A stretch of DNA of 54,615 nucleotides, taken from the NCBI GenBank assembly GCA_903925955.1, contig CAIYHO010000155.1:1-54615 (forward strand), given 5' to 3'. This stretch comes from an uncultured Chloroflexota bacterium (GTDB lineage: Bacteria > Chloroflexota > Limnocylindria > Limnocylindrales > CSP1-4). Under the pieces are notes generated by a model. It was not told the DNA's origin, searched no databases, and saw nothing but the letters and a program-made list of their open reading frames with translations. Positions 49,684-54,615 of the stretch are shown here, piece after piece (positions within the stretch are counted from its first letter, which is position 1; the number at the start of each line of letters is the position of its first letter). A program made the position numbers and the translations under genes.

Positions 49684-49832
49684 GAGGACACTCCCTTGGA
49701 ACGCGTGTTCGCTGTGGCGGATGGGCGCTGCGTCAGCAATGTCTGACGGGGCGGCGTTGTTTCCCTACACGGTACTCCCGCTTCGCCGCCGAAAGTACTA
49801 CCCATAACCGCACCGAACTGTGACGGAGCGCC

Positions 49833-49873
49833 CGAAACGGCCGGAGCCCGAAGGCTCCAACCCATCTGCCAGG
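49833..49873 (-). terminator. Terminator hairpin, copy 2 of a direct repeat
   Basis: GGTTGGAGCC-TTCG-GGCTCCGGCC-GTTT; 17-bp core identical to copy 1. Confidence 0.7.
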
Positions 49874-49943
49874 ATCAGGTAGCGGCGCTCGCCGGCCCTC
49901 ACCGCTACCTAGCGGCGTCCCTCGTCGCCGGCCGCTACGGCCG

Positions 49944-50252
49944 CTACGGCCGCTTCGGAGGCCGGCCACCGCGGCTTCCCGGCAGCTTCGCCAGGGCAAG
50001 ATAGATGGTCCTCCCGCGGATGGCCATGTGCGTCTCGGGACGGTGAGCGGCGATCGCCCGCTTCACGGCCAGCCGCATCGTGGGGATCTTCTCCGCCGGG
50101 TCAAGCTCAACCGCCAGGATGTCCTCGTCCGTGCGCAGGCGGGCGAGCGCCTTGCGGATCTCATCTTCCCGCTGCAGCGCGGCCAGCTGCCGCGGCGAAG
50201 GGAGGCGTGTCTTGGGAGCGAGCTCCTCAAACTTCGCGGCACGGATGCGCAT
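49944..50252 (-). CDS. Small basic hypothetical protein
   Basis: GGAG SD, ATG 50252; Arg/Lys-rich; ends in GSRGGRPPKRP. Confidence 0.7.
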   Translation of the reverse strand: MRIRAAKFEELAPKTRLPSPRQLAALQREDEIRKALARLRTDEDILAVELDPAEKIPTMRLAVKRAIAAHRPETHMAIRGRTIYLALAKLPGSRGGRPPKRP

Positions 50253-50483
50253 GGCGGAATGCAACTCCACGGTAAAGGTGCTCTGTGTTGAAGCCGATGA
50301 TGCCACGGGGGCACCGGGTTGCAAGTGACTATTGGAGATGGTGATGTGAAAGACAGCCTGGGCAACCCAGCGGGCGTCGCGGCACGACGCGCATGCGCAA
50401 CCGGGTTCCCAATTCCCCTCCTGCGTCGTATGCTGCGCGCGACGGGGCCGACAGGAATCGCCCCCTTACAGAGGGAGGTCGCT

Positions 50484-51074
50484 ATGACGAATCCGACAGG
50501 GGGCGCGCCCCAGGGCAACTGGCAGGCTCCGCCGCCAGGCGGCGCCCCGGGTGGGTTCAACCCGAACATGCAGCAGGTGGCCGCTGAGCCGGGCCCGGCG
50601 CCGGGCGTGACCTATGCAGACCTCGTGACGCGCATCATCGCGGTCGTCATCGACGGCCTGATCGTGGGCATCGCCTTCGCGGTCCTCAGCGCCGTCCTCG
50701 GGATGATGGGCTGGATCGGCTCGCTGGTTGCTGCCCTTGCGTTCGCCGGCGGTTCCGCCGCGTACTTCGTGTACGGCTGGACCACCATGCGCGCGTCCTT
50801 CGGCCAGAAGTTCCTCAAGCTTGAGACGGTCAGCGCTGCCGACGGTGCAACTCTCACCCAGCAGCAGGCAATCCGCCGCTGGGCCTTCCTCCTTGGCCCG
50901 GCTGCCGCAGTCCAGATCGTGACTGCCCTGCCGTTCCTGTGGGCGCTGGGCGGCATCCTTGGCCTGGTCGCGGGTCTGTACGAGCTCTACCTGCTGTACA
51001 CCTGCAGCCAGAGCAGCAAGCGCCAGGGCCTCCACGACACCCAGGCCGGCACGGTCGTCATCAAGCACGCCTGA
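50484..51074 (+). CDS. RDD-family membrane protein
   Basis: RIIAVVIDG, SFGQK, RQGLHD..AGTVV; GGAGG SD. Confidence 0.92.
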   Translation: MTNPTGGAPQGNWQAPPPGGAPGGFNPNMQQVAAEPGPAPGVTYADLVTRIIAVVIDGLIVGIAFAVLSAVLGMMGWIGSLVAALAFAGGSAAYFVYGWTTMRASFGQKFLKLETVSAADGATLTQQQAIRRWAFLLGPAAAVQIVTALPFLWALGGILGLVAGLYELYLLYTCSQSSKRQGLHDTQAGTVVIKHA

Positions 51075-51102
51075 GCCAGCCAACACACTTCGCGCCCAAC
51101 AA

Positions 51103-51135
51103 GACGGGGCCGGTTCGCCGGCCCCGTTTTTGTTT
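51103..51135 (+). terminator. Intrinsic, probably bidirectional, terminator
   Basis: gacggggccgg-ttcg-ccggccccgtt followed by tttgttt. Confidence 0.85.
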
Positions 51136-51205
51136 GCCTTGCGGCTGGCGGGCCACGCGCTCGCACCGCACGCTGTTGCGTCCCGTGACGCTACGGTTCC
51201 GCCGC

Positions 51206-51619
51206 TCAGGGCTCGAAGTCAAACCCGCGCACGTGCCGGGGCCGAAACACCGCCAGCGGCCGACGGTCAAACGCCGCCACGCGCCGCACGGACAAACGCT
51301 CGGCCGTAGCCACGAGCACGGCGTCCGCCAGACGCGGCCGATGCTCCGAGGCCTCCGCAAGCAACTCCCCGGCCCTCGCCAGATCCTCCGTCGTGGGTGC
51401 AACCAGCCGGATAGACCCCGCCGTGATGGACGCCACCACAGCCTGTGTTGCCGCAACGCCCAACTCGCGCTGCAGCAGCAGGTCGAGATCCGCAAGCCCC
51501 AGCGCACCAAGCAGCAGCGGCTCGTCTGCGCGCTCAAACCAGGCAACCGCTGCCTTGTGGTTGAGATCGGCCGCATCGGCTGCCGCCAGCACCATGGACG
51601 GGTCCAGGAGCACGGCCAT
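51206..51619 (-). CDS. vapC: PIN-domain VapC-like toxin
   Basis: LLD.S....AD..D.NH, LADA..VA.AERL, FDRR; coupled to an upstream RHH gene. Confidence 0.87.
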   Translation of the reverse strand: MAVLLDPSMVLAAADAADLNHKAAVAWFERADEPLLLGALGLADLDLLLQRELGVAATQAVVASITAGSIRLVAPTTEDLARAGELLAEASEHRPRLADAVLVATAERLSVRRVAAFDRRPLAVFRPRHVRGFDFEP

Positions 51620-51849
51620 TAGCGGGCCTCGCGTTTTGCGATTGCCCGCCCGTCCAGCGAGAGGCGCCCGTGCGTGCTGCGCCCGATCCCAAGAAACGGG
51701 AACTCGGGCGTGGCCTCGTGCGAGTCAAGCCACGCCTCCACGGCCATGGTGATCACCGATGTCTTGGTGGCGTGCTGGCGGCGGACATGGCGGTCAAGCC
51801 GGTCCAGCAGGTCAGCATCGAGCAGGATGGTTGTTCGAACGGTTGTCAT
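51619..51849 (-). CDS. vapB: Ribbon-helix-helix VapB-like antitoxin
   Basis: RTTILLD..L..RL......TKTSVI..AV; TAATG overlap with vapC. Confidence 0.85.
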   Translation of the reverse strand: MTTVRTTILLDADLLDRLDRHVRRQHATKTSVITMAVEAWLDSHEATPEFPFLGIGRSTHGRLSLDGRAIAKREAR

Positions 51850-51861
51850 ATGACGTCATAT
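51845..51861. promoter_or_regulatory. Overlapping palindromes at the vapB start (putative autoregulatory operator)
   Basis: GTCATATGAC (51845-51854) and ATATGACGTCATAT (51848-51861). Confidence 0.7.
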
Positions 51862-51953
51862 CTACCATGGTGGACGCCACAGCGCATCTGCCGCACCATC
51901 GCACAACCCGCGCGACCTGACACCACCCCGCCCGCGCCGCAAAGGAAGCACGA

Positions 51954-53537
51954 ATGAAGATTCTTGTTGTCGAGCCGCTCGCGGCCGAAGGCCTCACGCT
52001 GCTGCGCCAGCACCACGATGTGGACGAGAAGCTGGGCCTGCCGCGAGACGAGATCATCGCCATCGTCGGCGGGTACGACGCCCTGGTTGTGCGGAGCCAG
52101 GTGAAGGTTGACGCCGAGATGATCGCCGCCGGCACCCGGCTGGTGGTTGTGGGCCGCGCCGGCGTGGGCGTGGACAACGTGGATCTTGAGGCCGCCACCC
52201 GCGCGGGCATCACCGTGGTCAACGCGCCCACCGGCAACACCATCGCCGCAGCCGAGTTGACGATCGCGCTGCTGTTCGGGCTTGCCCGCAAGATCGCCGC
52301 CGCCGATGCGTCGATGCGCCGTGGCGAGTGGAAGCGCTCGCAGTTCACCGGGCACGAGTTGCGCGGCAAGACGCTGGGCATCGTGGGCCTCGGCAAGATT
52401 GGCCAGGCCATCGCCATGCGCGCCCGCGCCATGCAGATGACCGTCATCGGCTCGGACCCGTTTGTCACACCCGAGCAGGCCGCCAAGATGGGCGTGGAGC
52501 TGGTGAGCTTTGAGGAGGTGGTCACGCGCGCGGACGCGATCACCGTCCACGTGCCCAAGACCAAGGCCACCACCGGGCTGATCAACAAGGCCGTCATGGA
52601 GCGCATGAAGCCCGGCGTCCTGCTGTTGAACGTGGCACGCGGTGGTGTCATCGACGAGGCGGACTTGGCCGATGCGCTGCGCGCCGGGCATGTCGGCGGC
52701 GCCGGCATCGACGTCTACACGGCCGAACCCCCCACGGGCAACCCGCTGCTCGAGGCGCCCAACACGCTGCTCACACCCCACCTGGGCGCCTCCACTGAGG
52801 AGGCTCAGGTGGCCGTCTCCGAGGAGGTTGCCGAGCAGATCGTGGACATCCTGGACGGCCGTCCTGCGCTGTACGCGGTGAATGCGCCACTCCTGACGCC
52901 CGAGACTGCGAAGGCCATCGCGCCGTTCCTGCCGCTTGCCGAGACGCTTGGCCGCTTCGTCGCGCAGATGGCGCGCGTGGCGCCGCGGCAGCTCACCCTC
53001 GAGGTGGCAGGCGAGCCGGCGGCGTTTGACTCCCAGCCGCTGGTGGCGGCGCTGCTGCGCGGCCTGCTGGAGTCTGCAACCACAGACCGCGTGAACCTTG
53101 TGAACGCGGCCACCATCGCCAAGTCCCGGGGCATCACGGTGGTGGAGCGCAAGACGCCCGACGCCGGGGCCTTCTCCTCGCTGCTCACCGTGACCGCCGA
53201 GGCCGAGGGCCGGACCATCACCATTGCGGGCACCGTCCGTGGCGGCCAGCCGCGTCTGGTACGCCTCGATGAGCACTCGATGGATCTTGCGCCCGCCGAC
53301 GCCATGCTCATCACGCACCATCGGGACCGCCCGGGCACCGTGGGCCGCATCGGCGTGATGCTGGGCCAGGCCGACGTCAACATCAGTTCGATGACGCTGG
53401 CGCGCTCCGCGCCGCGTGCCGACGCCTTCATGGTGCTGGCGCTTGACGACGCGCCTCCCGATGCGGTTGTGGACGCCATCCGGGCCGATGACGCCGTGGT
53501 GGACGTCTGGGTGGTGCGGCTGGGGCACGCGCGGTGA
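51954..53537 (+). CDS. serA: D-3-phosphoglycerate dehydrogenase (type I, ASB + ACT domains)
   Basis: GRAGVGVDNVD, GLGKIG, NVARGG, TPHLGAST.EAQ, DRPG.VG ACT domain. Confidence 0.96.
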   Translation: MKILVVEPLAAEGLTLLRQHHDVDEKLGLPRDEIIAIVGGYDALVVRSQVKVDAEMIAAGTRLVVVGRAGVGVDNVDLEAATRAGITVVNAPTGNTIAAAELTIALLFGLARKIAAADASMRRGEWKRSQFTGHELRGKTLGIVGLGKIGQAIAMRARAMQMTVIGSDPFVTPEQAAKMGVELVSFEEVVTRADAITVHVPKTKATTGLINKAVMERMKPGVLLLNVARGGVIDEADLADALRAGHVGGAGIDVYTAEPPTGNPLLEAPNTLLTPHLGASTEEAQVAVSEEVAEQIVDILDGRPALYAVNAPLLTPETAKAIAPFLPLAETLGRFVAQMARVAPRQLTLEVAGEPAAFDSQPLVAALLRGLLESATTDRVNLVNAATIAKSRGITVVERKTPDAGAFSSLLTVTAEAEGRTITIAGTVRGGQPRLVRLDEHSMDLAPADAMLITHHRDRPGTVGRIGVMLGQADVNISSMTLARSAPRADAFMVLALDDAPPDAVVDAIRADDAVVDVWVVRLGHAR

Positions 53538-54343
53538 CGGCCCGCCCGCGGCTAATCCCCGAGGGTCTGGACGCGACGCTGGTCCTGGTCCGTCACGGCG
53601 AGAGCGAGTGGATCCGCGAGGGGCGCTTTCAGGGGCAGTCCGAGACGCCGCTCTCGGAGCTGGGTCGCCAGCAGGCGGCGCTCGTGGCTGCGCGGCTGGC
53701 AGACCAGCACGCCTCCCCCGCCCTGCCGTTGCCGGGTGGGGCGCCGCGCGAGGTGGTGCACTCGCCCTTGTCGCGCGCCGCCGATGTGGCCCGCGCTATC
53801 GCCGAGGGCTGCGGCTCAACCGTGCTGCGCGCCGAGCCCGGGATCCTTGAGCTCAGTCAGGGCGACTGGGAGGGCGTCACGGGCGAGGACATCGCCCGTC
53901 GCTGGCCCACCGAGATCAGCGCCTGGCGCCACAACCCGGAACTTGGGTATGCGCCTGGGGGCGAGTCGCTCCAGGCCGTGCGTCGCCGGGTTCGGCCGGC
54001 GCTGGTCCGCGTGCTGGACGAATTGGGGCGCGACTACCCGCGCGGCACCGTGAACCGGCCGCAGGTTGGCGGGTACCACGGCGTGGGCCAGGCGGCCGAT
54101 CAGCCCTGGTCTGTCCTGGTGGCGCATGACGGCGTCTTCAAGGTGATCATGCTCACCCTGCTGGACCTGCCGCTCAACCGGTTCTGGACGTTCTCGTGGG
54201 GTCTCACGGGCATCACCGTGCTGGAGATCCGCGGCGGCCGGCCGGTCCTTCGGGCGCACAACCTCACGGGGCACCTGGCGCCGATCGAGGATGAACAGGC
54301 CCGGGCAGCAGCCGAGCGCCGGGGTCGAACCGGGGCGCTGTAG
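53534..54343 (+). CDS. Histidine phosphatase (possible phosphoserine phosphatase)
   Basis: LVRHGES, SPL.RA, E...G.WEG, PGGES, VAHDG; GTGA overlap with serA. Confidence 0.9.
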   Translation: MTARPRLIPEGLDATLVLVRHGESEWIREGRFQGQSETPLSELGRQQAALVAARLADQHASPALPLPGGAPREVVHSPLSRAADVARAIAEGCGSTVLRAEPGILELSQGDWEGVTGEDIARRWPTEISAWRHNPELGYAPGGESLQAVRRRVRPALVRVLDELGRDYPRGTVNRPQVGGYHGVGQAADQPWSVLVAHDGVFKVIMLTLLDLPLNRFWTFSWGLTGITVLEIRGGRPVLRAHNLTGHLAPIEDEQARAAAERRGRTGAL

Positions 54344-54362
54344 CCCGATGCCTGCCGCCGTC

Positions 54363-54422
54363 CCGGCCTGCCGAGCGCCGGCCTGCCGAGCGCCGTCCGG
54401 CCGAGCTGCGTCCGGCCGAGCT
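54363..54422. repeat. 15-bp tandem repeat, four units
   Basis: ccggcctgccgagcg x2, ccgtccggccgagct, gcgtccggccgagct. Confidence 0.8.
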
Positions 54423-54615
54423 GACCCACCCCAGACTCACCAGGCCACTCCGCCTGCACAACTCGAACCGGCGAACGCGGGTTTCGGGCGCGAACCCCAG
54501 GCGTGTCCCCCCGAGTGGTGTGATTTGAGCGAGGCTCCTGGCGCCGGCTGAGCCGGACAGTCAGGGGCCACCGGTGTGATCCTCAGCGTGTTCCGACCAA
54601 GGTTCACGACGAGGA

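Noticed and set aside
48912-49873. Direct repeats as integron attC sites or a CRISPR array
   Set aside because: Only two copies about 920 bp apart, with no clear paired RYYYAAC/GTTRRRY ends, no spacers and no cas genes. They look like terminators.

Overview
This is a high-GC (roughly 70% by eye) bacterial chromosomal window with about 50 densely packed genes. The gene content suggests Chloroflexota, possibly Limnocylindria/Ellin6529-like; this is an inference, not a search result. Most genes are housekeeping, with many for DNA metabolism: murJ-xerC-topA, dprA-comM, an N-terminally truncated DnaB-like ATPase, mrfAB, a UvrD helicase-nuclease next to an orphan DNA methyltransferase, and rarA. 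Also present are NfeD/SPFH, tyrA, trpB2, thpR, ppa, ftsH, a CAT-anticodon tRNA, ftsB/divIC, ychF, murI, speB, serA and a VapBC pair. No CRISPR array, IS element or prophage was seen. The most interesting unexplained signals are: (1) a putative competence module (REC-CpaE/TadZ ATPase, comM, dprA, Ig/CAP surface protein) with three 11-bp direct repeats over the comM promoter, one more copy at the topA promoter, and an 18-nt motif shared by two 5' leaders; (2) structured leaders before speB and trpB2; (3) a coupled helicase-nuclease/MTase/HAD operon, with apparent GTCGAC depletion across the window; (4) a surface-protein gene with a non-canonical APPTD sorting-like signal, bracketed by two covarying terminator repeats; (5) frequent leaderless promoter architecture. 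Many start codons were chosen by eye and differ from the supplied ORF track.
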